DNA of 64,000 nucleotides from an uncultured Verrucomicrobiae bacterium (GTDB taxonomy: Bacteria > Verrucomicrobiota > Verrucomicrobiia > Chthoniobacterales > JAFAMB01), in contig CAWIPH010000002.1 of assembly GCA_963837955.1 (NCBI GenBank), forward strand, positions 2,560,001-2,624,000, read 5' to 3'. The notes under the pieces were generated by a model, which was not told the origin of the DNA, made no database searches, and saw only the letters and a list, made by a program, of their open reading frames with translations. This document shows, one piece after another, positions 20,352-30,671 of this stretch (its first letter is position 1; every line of letters starts with the position of its first letter). Position numbers and translations under genes: made by a program.

Positions 20352-21947
20352 ATGCCAAATAGCGCGCAAAAAGTTCCGCCAAATAGTTCGCAAAGTGACA
20401 AATTGGCCTTTCTGGCGGCTGCGCTAGGCGTATTCATGTTCGGAGCTTCAATTTGCGAGGGGGCTGCACACGGCCAGGGTGCAACAGAACCAATTTGGCC
20501 AACCAAGGAATGGCAGACGTCCTCCCCTGAAGAGCAGGGCGTGGATTCAAAGGAGCTCGCTAAGCTGGTTGACTTTGGGACAACCCACAGTCTCGACAGC
20601 CTGCTGGTCGTGCGGCATGGAAAGATTGTCGCCGAAGCATACTACGCCCCCTACGCAGCGGGCATTCCTCACGCGGTATACTCCGCCGTCAAGGCAGTCA
20701 TCAGTAGTTTAATGGCGATCGCATTCAAGGATGGCTTGCTGGATAGTCCAAGCTGTCGAGTGCTCGATTTTTTTGACCGTCGCAGCATTGCAAACGTCGA
20801 CGATAGAAAGGAAGCGATAACAGTTCAGAGCCTGTTGGACATGACCTCGGGCATCGAGTGGACGCAACCCGATTCAATGTTCGAAATGGAGCGCAGCCCC
20901 GACTGGGTCAAGTTCGTTCTCGATAGACCTATGTCGAGTCCTCCAGGGGACGTCTTCAACTATAGCAACGGCAATGCGCATCTCCTCTCCGCGATCATCA
21001 CAAAACTCACGGGAATGAACGCCCTGGAATACGCAAAAGCCAAGCTTTTTGGCCCTCTAGGAATTAACGATCTGTCCTGGGGGCAAGATCCTCAAGGCAT
21101 TTCGAACGGGGGGCAGGGATTGTACTTGCAGTCTCGCGACATGGCGAAGCTTGGCTATCTGTACCTGCGCAACGGCGCGTGGGAAGGTAAGCAACTGCCT
21201 GTGTCCGATTGGATCGATAAGGTGACCCACGCCACGGTGGATCCGCATGCGCCCGGCGAGCCGGAACTCCGGTATTCCAACCTTTTCTGGGTTCTTCCCG
21301 ACAAGCATGTCTACATGGCGGTCGGGTACCATGGCCAGGTGATCATGGTTTTCCCCGATTTGGACGTTGTGGCCGTGACGACCGGCCGCGATAATTACCT
21401 ATTGAGCAAATTGGCCGACTATATTTCCGGCTCGGTGAAATCGGACACGGTTCTCCCGCCTGACGCCGCGAGCGCGAATCTGCTCGCAAATAAAATACTC
21501 GATGTCTCAACCGAGAAGTCGACCGGAGTCGGCCCGACCCCTGAGATGGCGGCTATCATCTCAGGAAAGGTTTACAGGTTTCCCCCTAACGCGATAAACG
21601 TGAAGTCGCTGTCGCTGATTTTGAGTGATCCGCAGCCACACTACGACATTGAGACATACGGCAGAGATACAACCAAATCTGGTCCCAGATTTACGGGCCC
21701 GATCGGACTAGACGGACTGTTTCGAAAGGGAGAGCCAACCTACCTTCAAGCGTTGGCAATTCGGAGGGTCAACGCGGTCAAGGGGACTTGGCAAGACGAC
21801 CATACGTTTGCGATCGACAGGCTAATCCTCGGGCAAGGGAAACCAGCAGAGCGATGGACTCTCAAGTTCGACGGAGAGCAGCTAAACGTCCGCGTCGAGC
21901 TTGGAGAAGGCCCCGAAATTTCTATGAACAGCGAGACGGGCGGATAA
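20352..21947 (+). CDS. Serine hydrolase, beta-lactamase family, with C-terminal extension
   Basis: SxxK (SAVK), LLDMTSG and FNYSN; hydrophobic N-terminal segment. Start uncertain. Confidence 0.88.
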   Translation: MPNSAQKVPPNSSQSDKLAFLAAALGVFMFGASICEGAAHGQGATEPIWPTKEWQTSSPEEQGVDSKELAKLVDFGTTHSLDSLLVVRHGKIVAEAYYAPYAAGIPHAVYSAVKAVISSLMAIAFKDGLLDSPSCRVLDFFDRRSIANVDDRKEAITVQSLLDMTSGIEWTQPDSMFEMERSPDWVKFVLDRPMSSPPGDVFNYSNGNAHLLSAIITKLTGMNALEYAKAKLFGPLGINDLSWGQDPQGISNGGQGLYLQSRDMAKLGYLYLRNGAWEGKQLPVSDWIDKVTHATVDPHAPGEPELRYSNLFWVLPDKHVYMAVGYHGQVIMVFPDLDVVAVTTGRDNYLLSKLADYISGSVKSDTVLPPDAASANLLANKILDVSTEKSTGVGPTPEMAAIISGKVYRFPPNAINVKSLSLILSDPQPHYDIETYGRDTTKSGPRFTGPIGLDGLFRKGEPTYLQALAIRRVNAVKGTWQDDHTFAIDRLILGQGKPAERWTLKFDGEQLNVRVELGEGPEISMNSETGG

Positions 21948-22408
21948 GCTTTCGTCTGCGGCTGTCAGCTGGTTCCGGAACTATTGCGACGAATCGTTTT
22001 AGTGCGTCCCAGCAGATTGGGAAAACTGGTAACTCCGCAATGCCTTCGGTTTAACTTGAGCGCATTGCCACGCCGAAAGACATCGACGCTTTATCGGGAC
22101 AAGCGGATATCAAAGCGCAGAGCAAGTAGCATCTTCGCCGAGCACTTCTGGAAGCAAGGCTCGGTGCCCAGTTGTTTGTGGACTTCAACTATCGTGGAAA
22201 TCAGGGCCTCAAATAATTTGGAAAATTACAATTGAGACTTAGCCTCCCCTAACTTTAATCAGACATAACCCCTTTTATGTATACCGGTCCTCGAAGACGC
22301 GGGGACTCAGTCTCACCCCTTCCTTTTGACCGCACAGGTCGTTGACGTGGTATCTGCTTTTCAAGGGATCTTGATTTCGCCGTCGTTAACTACTCATCCG
22401 ACAAGGCG

Positions 22409-22487
22409 GTCATCGGTCCATGGGACGATCCCGCCCAAACCAGCGTCACCTGTCGCTCGCCGAACCGAAACTATTCGATGAGCCAGA
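22409..22487 (+). repeat. ~79-bp imperfect direct repeat, copy 1
   Basis: 70 of 79 positions match 30487-30564 by manual alignment. Confidence 0.85.
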
Positions 22488-22613
22488 AGCGCCAATCTAG
22501 GACCCAAACGCGGTTCAGAAGTTGTCAGAATTTCTGACGCCTAGGCTAACGAATTGGGTTATTTAGATTCGACGGTTAGATGCGGAGAGCATTAATCTAT
22601 TATTTGACCGACC

Positions 22614-24488
22614 ATGCCAAAACGGCCCCCAGAAGCAGAATGGGAAAAACGGGCCAGGATTGCTTTGAGTGAAGGGGATGCGCTGACTGCGCTCCGAATC
22701 CTTGAGGCACTCCCGTTGTACACTGCCGCGCAGCCGGGGTTTCCTCACCTTTACGCCCGAGCTCTAGCTCAGATGGGCCACAGCAGAAGGGCGCGGACAG
22801 TCTTAACGGATCTGCTGAATCGGGGTGGTGTAACTTGCGACACTGTTAGTTTACTCGGTCGAACCTTCAAGGAGACGTGGCTGCGCACCGGGTCGACGGA
22901 TGCATTATCAGCGGCGATAGCTGCTTACCAAAAAGCTGTAGAACTTGCTCCTGACGATCCTTTTCCGGCTATCAACAAGGCTAGTCTCTCTTTGCTAGGG
23001 GGTGACATCGGGTCGGCCCACGAGTTGGCCAGACGAATTTTGCAACTCTACCAAGGGCCAAAAAGGACTAAAGAGAATGACCCGTGGCGCGATGCAACCC
23101 TTGGCGAGGCGTATCTCTGCCTAGGTGATCTTGATAAAGCGCGCGAGCATTATGCGAATATCGTCGCAGCCGGGCTGGACGTTCGAGAACGTTGTTCGGC
23201 ACGAAGGCATGCTCGCATTATTCTGGAATCTGCCGGAAAAGACCTGCACGCTCTGGATGATTGCTTCGCTGTCCCCGTCGTATTCGTATTTTCGGGACTG
23301 ATGCTCGATTCTCCACACCCGCCTGTGCGCGAAAGGCGATTCCCTCCAGCGCTTGAGCCGGCGGTAGCTTCAGAAATCAGACAGGTTATTACTCTTTCCC
23401 TACCGGCAATCGGTTTTTCTTCGGCCGCGGCCGGGTCCGATATTTTGTTTCTGGAGCAGATGCAGGCTTTGGGACAAACTTATCATATTCTGTTGTCGGG
23501 ACCTCAGGCCGAGTTCAAGGAACGAAGCGTGAACTACGCCGGGGCCGATTGGGGAGAACGATTTCAACGGGTTTTGGATTCGGCAAAAACCGTAGATGAG
23601 GCAAGTTCGCATCATCCGGCAGATAACTCCGTGGCTTATTGGTACGCCGGCCGTTTACTCAGTTGTCGGGCCTTGGTACAGGCCCAACAGCTGAACCTCG
23701 ATTTGATTGCGTTGGCAGTATGGAACGGAAAGCCCGGCCTCGGCAGGGGCGGCACGGCAAGTTTCATTGATTTTTGGAACGGCGATTTCCATCAACCACT
23801 AGGCCAAACGAAACCCAAACTGGAAATTGTTCGCCTTGATTCTTTGTTGAGCGACCCAGGCGCGATCCAAGATATAACAACGCAGCCGGCAATTCATTCG
23901 GAGCGGCCTGGCCCCCACATCGAGAGCAACGTACAACAGGACTTCAGAGCGATTCTCGTTGGCAATGTAGTCGGATTCGAAAAATTGACCGAAGAGCAAT
24001 TGCCACTCTTTCACGAACACTTCTTGGGAGCGGCGGCGCGCCTGCTTAGTTCTACAAATGAAGCTGCTATGCCGGTGAACACGTGGGGAAGCGGCTTTTC
24101 TATACTATTTGAAGAGGTGGACCAAGCAGGTCGTATCGCCCTGGGCCTTCGAGAAATCCTTGAAACTCCGCCTGGAGGTACTGCGGAATGGCTGCAGTAT
24201 GGTCTGCCTGCAGATCTTGGCATTAGCATTGCGCTCCACGCTGGCCCGGTCTTCTCGATGCTTAATCCTTTGACCGGCCAGATCGCCTTCGCCGGCAGAA
24301 ATGTCGACCTAGCGGGATGGCTGGAATCGGTTACCCGGAAAGGAGAGATCTTGACCACCGAGGCGTTTTCGGTTCTTGCGACGACGGTTGCTCCTACGGA
24401 CTTCTTTTGTGAGTACATCGGTATCCGAAGCTTGCCCAAAGTTCCCGCAGGAGTGAAATTGTATCGTTTGATCAAAGCAGAGCACTAG
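22614..24488 (+). CDS. TPR + SLOG-like Rossmannoid domain + degenerate class III adenylate/guanylate cyclase domain protein
   Basis: TPR-like N-terminus (SLLGRTFK, INKASLSLL, ATLGEAYL); middle FSG..D....RFP and SAAAGSDILF, WNG..G.GRGGTA; C-terminal cyclase fold VVGFEKL, NTWGSG, IALHAGPV. Confidence 0.78.
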   Translation: MPKRPPEAEWEKRARIALSEGDALTALRILEALPLYTAAQPGFPHLYARALAQMGHSRRARTVLTDLLNRGGVTCDTVSLLGRTFKETWLRTGSTDALSAAIAAYQKAVELAPDDPFPAINKASLSLLGGDIGSAHELARRILQLYQGPKRTKENDPWRDATLGEAYLCLGDLDKAREHYANIVAAGLDVRERCSARRHARIILESAGKDLHALDDCFAVPVVFVFSGLMLDSPHPPVRERRFPPALEPAVASEIRQVITLSLPAIGFSSAAAGSDILFLEQMQALGQTYHILLSGPQAEFKERSVNYAGADWGERFQRVLDSAKTVDEASSHHPADNSVAYWYAGRLLSCRALVQAQQLNLDLIALAVWNGKPGLGRGGTASFIDFWNGDFHQPLGQTKPKLEIVRLDSLLSDPGAIQDITTQPAIHSERPGPHIESNVQQDFRAILVGNVVGFEKLTEEQLPLFHEHFLGAAARLLSSTNEAAMPVNTWGSGFSILFEEVDQAGRIALGLREILETPPGGTAEWLQYGLPADLGISIALHAGPVFSMLNPLTGQIAFAGRNVDLAGWLESVTRKGEILTTEAFSVLATTVAPTDFFCEYIGIRSLPKVPAGVKLYRLIKAEH

Positions 24489-24546
24489 CTTGTCTGCGGC
24501 TCCGCGACGAAAGGCTTGCGCCGATGCTGGAGGAAGGTTTTCTGGA

Positions 24547-25110
24547 CTAAGATCCAGTTAACTGCCGCCAATTCTTCTCCGCCTTGTCGATATTACCGTC
24601 GATATCGTTTTTGAAGCCTTTTAGTGCCCCCTGATTTCCACAGATGTAAAGCTTGCCTTTATAGATGATGAAGGCGGTAGGGACTTCCGGGTCGGCTAGG
24701 ACTCCGCTAGCTACCCCATAAGCACAAAATCCGCCATACTGCGGGACATACTTTGCGGGGTCTTTTTCAAATTCGGCCTTATTGGCCGCGGAGGCGAATA
24801 AGTAGGTGGCACCGCGATAAGTGCTCGCCATCGCGGAACTCCCTTTGACCGGTTTCCCTTCTTTGAAATAAGCGACTACATCGAACCCTTTTAAGATAAC
24901 TCCTTGGCTGTCGACGTTTAACTTGGCTGTGGTGGGGACTTTTTCCTCCTCCAGAAAAACGCTTTGCCACAGAACCTTCGGCACAGTCCCTGGCCCATTC
25001 CCGGCAAAATACGGCGTATGCTCGCTGGAAATACCAAACGCGTTGGTTGCAGCAAGGAGAATCACGGCCCTAACGGAAGCAGTCGTCGGCGAGTTTAGCA
25101 GGCTTTTCAT
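24547..25110 (-). CDS. YHS domain-containing protein (probably secreted)
   Basis: GFDVVAYF, YLFASAANKAEF and PQYGGFCAYGV motifs; signal-like N-terminus. Confidence 0.85.
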   Translation of the reverse strand: MKSLLNSPTTASVRAVILLAATNAFGISSEHTPYFAGNGPGTVPKVLWQSVFLEEEKVPTTAKLNVDSQGVILKGFDVVAYFKEGKPVKGSSAMASTYRGATYLFASAANKAEFEKDPAKYVPQYGGFCAYGVASGVLADPEVPTAFIIYKGKLYICGNQGALKGFKNDIDGNIDKAEKNWRQLTGS

Positions 25111-25211
25111 GGCGGATGCCGCCTTTCAGAATTCCTATCTATACCAGTAGCATCCTCGCAAAGGAACTCTTTTTCGAGACTGGCCAACTTCTGGCGGTGC
25201 CGGGCCCAGTG

Positions 25212-28200
25212 TCATCGGGGAATCATGACGAGAATTTTGAGTCGAAGACGTTGGGCAGACAGGTCTGTTGGATCCGCGAGAAGCCCCTTATCGATGGCAG
25301 CAAGCGCTAGTTTTGGCTGATGTTGCTCCAGGAGCATCTCGCTTGCGCGCGTGCAAGGCACAATGTCTTTTGGAAGCCTGGCCAGGCCGAATGAGCGAAG
25401 AAAGTCAGCGCGCCCGGAGTCAGTTTCGAACTTTGCCAATGCGACATGAAGCAGCGGATTATCGGGTAGGAAAACCAAGGCATTTCGTAGCCATTCTTCT
25501 GTTACGTTCGGATTCGTCAAAAGGGCATTGTCTATCCAGTCGACAACTTTGACGTCGCTCGCCGGAAAGACCGTTCGGTCGCCACTCGTACCGAAAAACC
25601 AGCGTAAAAACCGTGCGTCGGGACGAAGGCCTTGTGCTAAATCTTTTAATTCCTTCGTCAGCTGCGATCTGCGTTGTTCATTGACCGCAACGAGCGAGCC
25701 CTCGTCTGAGAATCGGAGTCCGCTGGCGATATCTGAGAGTGCTTCGATTTGGAGCGGCTGAGAACCGGCCATCGAAACTGATGAACCTATTCGCGCTGTG
25801 TGTCCGTCCGATTCTTTCACCAGTCTAGCCAGCTCGGTTGGAGTAGCCGCGTCCCAGAGTTTAGCGGTGTCATCCGCGCTCGCCGTAAGGATGCGGGTAC
25901 CGTCGGGACTAAAGACTGCGGATCGAACCGTATCTTGATGGGTAAAAGACGCGATGAGCTTTCCTGAGGCCGCATCCCAAAGCTTGGCAGTGTTATCCAC
26001 ACTCGCTGTGAGGATGCGGGCACCGTCCGGACTAAAGACCGCGCAGCGGACCCCATCCTGATGAGTAAAAATCGCAATGAGCGTTCCTGAGGTCGCATCC
26101 CAGAGCCTGGCCGTTTTGTCCGCGCTTGCCGTCAGGATCCGGGTACCGTCGGGGCTAAACGCCACATGGTTGACACTATCCTCGTGGGCGAAGGAGTTGA
26201 TGGGCTTGCCCGATGTCGTTTCCCAAAGTTTAGCCGTCTTGTCCGCGCTTGCCGTCAGGATCCGGGTACCGTCGGGACTAAAGGCCACATGGCTGACGCC
26301 ATCCTCATGGATGAAGGAGGTGATGAGCTTCCCCGATGTCGCATCCCAGAGTTTGGCGGTTTTGTCCGCGCTCGCCGTCAGGATCCGCGCACCGTCGGGG
26401 CTGAACGCTGCGGCATTGACACTCTCCTGATGGATAAAGGAGGCGATCAGCTTACCCGTTGCTGGATCCCAGAGCTTGGCGCTGCGATCCGCGCTTGCTG
26501 TCAAGATCCGGGCGCCGTCCGGACTAAAGACTGCGGCGTTCACACTATCCTCGTGCGGAAAAGATGCTATGAGCTTGCCCGAGGCAGCCTCCCAAAGCCT
26601 GGCCGTTTTGTCCGCGCTCGCCGTCAAGATCCGTGTGCCGTCCGGACTAAACGCTGCGTCGTTCACGCTATCTTCATGGTCAAAGGAGGCGATAAACTCG
26701 CCCGAGGCCACCTCCCAGAGCTTTACAGTCTTGTCCCAGCTCGCGGTCAAGATCCGGCCGCCGTCCGGACTAAACGCTGCGTCATTCACCTCATCCTCGT
26801 GGGCAAAGGAAGCGATGAGTTTACCCGATGGCGCCCAAAGCTTCGCCGTTTTGTCCCAGCTTGCCGTCAAGATCCGGGCGCCGTCCGGGCTGAACGCCGC
26901 ATGATAGACCCCATCCTGATGGTCAAAGGAGGCGATAAGCTTGCCCGAGGCAGCCTCCCAGAGCTTCGCGGATCTGTCGGCACTTGCTGTAATGACCCGC
27001 GTGCCGTCCGGACTGAATGCCGCATAGTAAACGCCATCCTGATGGTCAAAGGAGGCGATAGGGCGGGCTGAATCCGCCTCCCAAACCGTGGCGGTCTTGT
27101 CCGCGCTTGCCGTCAGGATCCGAACACCGTCTGGGCTGAACACACCACAGTAAACGATACCCTGGTGGGCAAAGGAGGCGACAAGGGTGGCCGACGCTGC
27201 GTCCCACAGCTTGGCAGTCTTATCAGCGCTTGCCGTGAGGATCCGCGTACCGTCGGGACTAAACGCCGCGGCATTGACACTGGCTTCATGGACAAACGAA
27301 TTAATGAGCTTGCCTGAGCTCGCCTCCCAAAGCTTGGCGGTTTTGTCTGCGCTCGCCGTCAGGACGCGAGTACCGTCGGGACTAAACGTCGCATCGCTGA
27401 CGCTGTCCTGGTGGGTAAATGAGGCGATGAGCTTACCCGAAGCCGCGTCCCACAGTTTCGCGGTCTTGTCCGCGCTTGCGGTCAGGATGAGTGTGCCATC
27501 CGGACTAAACCTGGCAGCATTGACTGCACCCTGGTGAGCCAGGGAGAAAATGAGCTTGCCGGAGTTCGCCTCCCAAAGCCTAGCGGTTCTGTCCCAGCTT
27601 GCCGAGAGTATCCGCGTACCGTCGGGACTAAACGCCGCATGATATACCACATCGTCGTGAGCAAAGGAGGCGACAAGTGGTGACAACGCTCTTTCCCGAT
27701 GAACCATTAGCTCTTGGAAGAATCGTTCTGCAGCAACTTGATTTTCCGGGTCGAACTTGATCGCGCGCGCAAGAAGGGCAATGGCTTCCGGCCATTCTCC
27801 CAACTGGAACTGACGCTCAGCCTGGTTGAAGCTTGCCCAGCTCGCCTGTCGCAATTGTTCCTGCAACTTCGCAGTTAGTTGCGCTTCAGACTTAAAAGCT
27901 CGGGCTGCGCTCTGCCGTTGCCGCTCCGCCTGGAACCATTGAAACCCGGCGACGATTGCTAGAATGCTGATCGCAGCCATGACCGCGTACCGAATCCGCT
28001 CTTGAATCTGTTTACTCCGTTTCCGCTCGGCTATGCTCGCGCAGACGTAATTAGTCTGTTCCTGGCTGAGAGACAGCCCAAAATCGTTGACCAACTTTTC
28101 TCCTTCGGCCAGAGGGAGTCCCGGCCTGAGGAGGTCATCCTTCTGTTTGCCGCGGCTTAGCCACAGCTTCAGGCTGGAATCCAAGCGGTCCCGCATCCGG

Positions 28201-30263
28201 AGAAACTCACGGTTCTCGCTCAACCACTCCTTAACGCGGTGCCATTCCCGCAACAGCGCTTCGTGCGCAACGGTTACGGTGACCTCTCCGTGAGGATCGG
28301 TGTCTGCAACCAACAGCCGTTTTTCGATGAACAGATCAACAAAGCCCTTTGCACCGGCTTTCTGATCGTGGCCGATACTGTCTGAAACAACCAGATCGCG
28401 GTAAGGCACCGTCCGCCGGTTGGCTACTTCCTCTTCCCCTTGGCCCAACGTAACCAGATACCGCATCACCAACGGAAACGCCTTTTGCTCATCCGGTTGC
28501 AGCGTGCTGAATACGGCCTCGGCGTGCTTGGCTAGCGCTCCTTCTAATTCGCCTAGTTCGCGATAGTCAGACCACCGGAGCAAGTCATCGCCCCGCACAA
28601 CCTGCCTTTCGTATAGCAACGATAAAACGTGCTCGAGCAACGGCAGAGATTCCGGGGTGGCTGCGGCAGCATCTCGTAAAGCCTCATCCAAGCGTTGGCC
28701 AGTCAGGTGGTCCTGTTCGAAACGAACGCCAGCCGCTTCGGCCGGGAGTCGAATCATATTTCCGATTTCGTCCGGGTTAGGTGGCCGGAGATCGTATTTG
28801 CCTGCCGGCTTCACCAATTCAACCAAATCATTGAACTGTTGATAACGAGCGTAAAAATCGTTGCGAAGCGTGGCGAGCACAAATACCCGCCCGCTCCGGG
28901 CAAGCACTGAGAGTGCGCTAATGAACTTCAATTGCAGCTGCTCAGAAAAACCAGATGTGAACAGCTCTTCCAGCTGATCAACAATCAGGGCCAGACGAGT
29001 CCGGGGCGCCTGGAGCTTAGCAAGTTGCAGGTGAGCATGAGCCGCGTCGGCGTCGCGCTGCTGCCGTCGGAAATTTGACTCCAGCTCGCGAAGCCTTTCT
29101 TCCTGACGCAAACAGTATTCTAAGGAAACTTGATTGAGCTTATCCTTAACCCGATCGGCAACTCCCTGAGGATTGGCGCGCAGCTCGGCGGCCAGGTCTT
29201 TCACCGGCTGCTTCGATTCGAGGTCCGCCAACTTCGGCAGTGCTTCCTCCGCTAGAAGTCCAACGGCCAACGCGTCAAACATGTCGCTCTGCGATCCGGC
29301 CATTGCCGGGCGCATTACCGCTCGCCGCCAAAGCCCTATTCCTTCAATCACACCCGGCTCAATCAACAGCGGCAGAACTCCAGCGCGGACCAAGGAACTC
29401 TTGCCTGAACCGCTTGCCCCAAGCACCAACACAAATGGTCGGTCAGCCTCGGCTTGTTGAATCAGTGCGGTCAAAACTCCATCGATCGCCGATGTCCGGC
29501 CGGCAAAGACGGCCGCGTGGTCGAAATCGAAAACCTGAAGCCCTCGGAATGGATTGCCCTTCCACCGTCGAGCCTGCACTCGCTGTGCCAGCCACCTCCG
29601 TTGGCGCTCGTCAGAAACCTGAGTCAACAGGAAGTCCCGAAAATGCTCCCGAAACAATTCCTCGAAGCCTTCAAGGTTGTCATAGTTATTGAACGCCCCG
29701 ATAAACTGGCCCTTGCTGTCTTTTTCCCAGGACTCGAAAAAGTCTTTGAGCAAGTCCCATTGTCGAAAAAATTCTTCTCGTTTTTCCGGCGGATCGAGTG
29801 GCGGGTTGGGTTGACTTCGGTTGCGATACACCTGCAGCGCCGGTACGCCAGGAGTCTTTTCGCGCTGCGCCTTGGCCCAAGCGATTTCGTATTCCGTGCC
29901 CGATCGTGGTTCACTCCCATCCGGCATCAGAAAACGGGAATGTAATTTCGTGCCCAGGCGCGACCACAGAATGCTGATCACCAGATCGAAGCGAGACGTA
30001 TTTGGAATCTGGTCCTGGTAACCGAGTTCTGGTGAAAACCTCTGGTATTCCCAAAAATACGGACAAAGAATCAGTTCGCCCGATTCCGGTTCGCCGGAAA
30101 TAATTCGGGACTCGGTTGGTTCCAAATCACGCAGAAGATTCGAATACTGAACACTGATTGGAATGCCCAGTTCCTCCGCTATCGCGCGAATCAACCGTTC
30201 CGCGATAGTTCGTTCTGCTTGAACATCTCCCGGAGAAGAAACAAAAACCTTGATGGTTTTCAT
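25212..30263 (-). CDS. NLR-like protein: DUF4062/TIR-like domain, nSTAND1-type NTPase, TM helix, 15 WD40 repeats, TPR-like tail
   Basis: [18 protein letters not shown] and [63 protein letters not shown]; 15 FSPDG repeats counted. Confidence 0.9.
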   Translation of the reverse strand: MKTIKVFVSSPGDVQAERTIAERLIRAIAEELGIPISVQYSNLLRDLEPTESRIISGEPESGELILCPYFWEYQRFSPELGYQDQIPNTSRFDLVISILWSRLGTKLHSRFLMPDGSEPRSGTEYEIAWAKAQREKTPGVPALQVYRNRSQPNPPLDPPEKREEFFRQWDLLKDFFESWEKDSKGQFIGAFNNYDNLEGFEELFREHFRDFLLTQVSDERQRRWLAQRVQARRWKGNPFRGLQVFDFDHAAVFAGRTSAIDGVLTALIQQAEADRPFVLVLGASGSGKSSLVRAGVLPLLIEPGVIEGIGLWRRAVMRPAMAGSQSDMFDALAVGLLAEEALPKLADLESKQPVKDLAAELRANPQGVADRVKDKLNQVSLEYCLRQEERLRELESNFRRQQRDADAAHAHLQLAKLQAPRTRLALIVDQLEELFTSGFSEQLQLKFISALSVLARSGRVFVLATLRNDFYARYQQFNDLVELVKPAGKYDLRPPNPDEIGNMIRLPAEAAGVRFEQDHLTGQRLDEALRDAAAATPESLPLLEHVLSLLYERQVVRGDDLLRWSDYRELGELEGALAKHAEAVFSTLQPDEQKAFPLVMRYLVTLGQGEEEVANRRTVPYRDLVVSDSIGHDQKAGAKGFVDLFIEKRLLVADTDPHGEVTVTVAHEALLREWHRVKEWLSENREFLRMRDRLDSSLKLWLSRGKQKDDLLRPGLPLAEGEKLVNDFGLSLSQEQTNYVCASIAERKRSKQIQERIRYAVMAAISILAIVAGFQWFQAERQRQSAARAFKSEAQLTAKLQEQLRQASWASFNQAERQFQLGEWPEAIALLARAIKFDPENQVAAERFFQELMVHRERALSPLVASFAHDDVVYHAAFSPDGTRILSASWDRTARLWEANSGKLIFSLAHQGAVNAARFSPDGTLILTASADKTAKLWDAASGKLIASFTHQDSVSDATFSPDGTRVLTASADKTAKLWEASSGKLINSFVHEASVNAAAFSPDGTRILTASADKTAKLWDAASATLVASFAHQGIVYCGVFSPDGVRILTASADKTATVWEADSARPIASFDHQDGVYYAAFSPDGTRVITASADRSAKLWEAASGKLIASFDHQDGVYHAAFSPDGARILTASWDKTAKLWAPSGKLIASFAHEDEVNDAAFSPDGGRILTASWDKTVKLWEVASGEFIASFDHEDSVNDAAFSPDGTRILTASADKTARLWEAASGKLIASFPHEDSVNAAVFSPDGARILTASADRSAKLWDPATGKLIASFIHQESVNAAAFSPDGARILTASADKTAKLWDATSGKLITSFIHEDGVSHVAFSPDGTRILTASADKTAKLWETTSGKPINSFAHEDSVNHVAFSPDGTRILTASADKTARLWDATSGTLIAIFTHQDGVRCAVFSPDGARILTASVDNTAKLWDAASGKLIASFTHQDTVRSAVFSPDGTRILTASADDTAKLWDAATPTELARLVKESDGHTARIGSSVSMAGSQPLQIEALSDIASGLRFSDEGSLVAVNEQRRSQLTKELKDLAQGLRPDARFLRWFFGTSGDRTVFPASDVKVVDWIDNALLTNPNVTEEWLRNALVFLPDNPLLHVALAKFETDSGRADFLRSFGLARLPKDIVPCTRASEMLLEQHQPKLALAAIDKGLLADPTDLSAQRLRLKILVMIPR
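25845..27670 (-). repeat. Intragenic tandem array of 15 WD40 units (~123 bp each)
   Basis: Near-identical 41-aa units SFxHxxxVxxAxFSPDGxRILTASxDKTAKLWxxxSGKLI; boundaries approximate. Confidence 0.92.
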
Positions 30264-30486
30264 CGTGCGACGGAAACGGCGAGGTCTGATTGGCTCCGCG
30301 CCCCGAAACGAGGTTTGATTTGTCAACCGGGCACCAGCCTTTACCGCGATATAACCAGCAAGACTGGCAAACTCGGGGACATTGGCGCAAGAAGATTCCG
30401 AAAAGCGCAAATGACGTTATTGGTTGTCGGCCATCATGGGAACTGAAACGTCCGGATTTTCAGAGGCGGCGGCGCTGATCGGCTAT

Positions 30487-30564
30487 GTCATCAGTCCATC
30501 GAGCGATGCCGTCCAAACCAGCGTCACCTGTCGCTGGCCGAACCGAAACTTTCGGTGAGCCAGA
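30487..30564 (+). repeat. ~79-bp imperfect direct repeat, copy 2
   Basis: Matches 22409-22487. Confidence 0.85.
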
Positions 30565-30671
30565 CCTTGAGAATGAAAAGACGGCGAGGGAGGAGAAAGG
30601 CGCTGCCTTCTCTTCCGTGCTCGTAACTTACAGTTTCGCGACCGCTTCAAAGAATTCCGACATTTCGCTGT

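Noticed and set aside
21950..22250. Possible degenerate gene downstream of the serine hydrolase
   Set aside because: Stop-interrupted frames with no identifiable family.
24547..25110. Selenoprotein candidate (YHS family has Sec members)
   Set aside because: The motif has Cys (GGFCAYG) and there is no in-frame TGA.
26077..27537. Several long plus-strand ORFs (e.g. 26166-27071)
   Set aside because: Antisense shadows of the WD40 repeat array.
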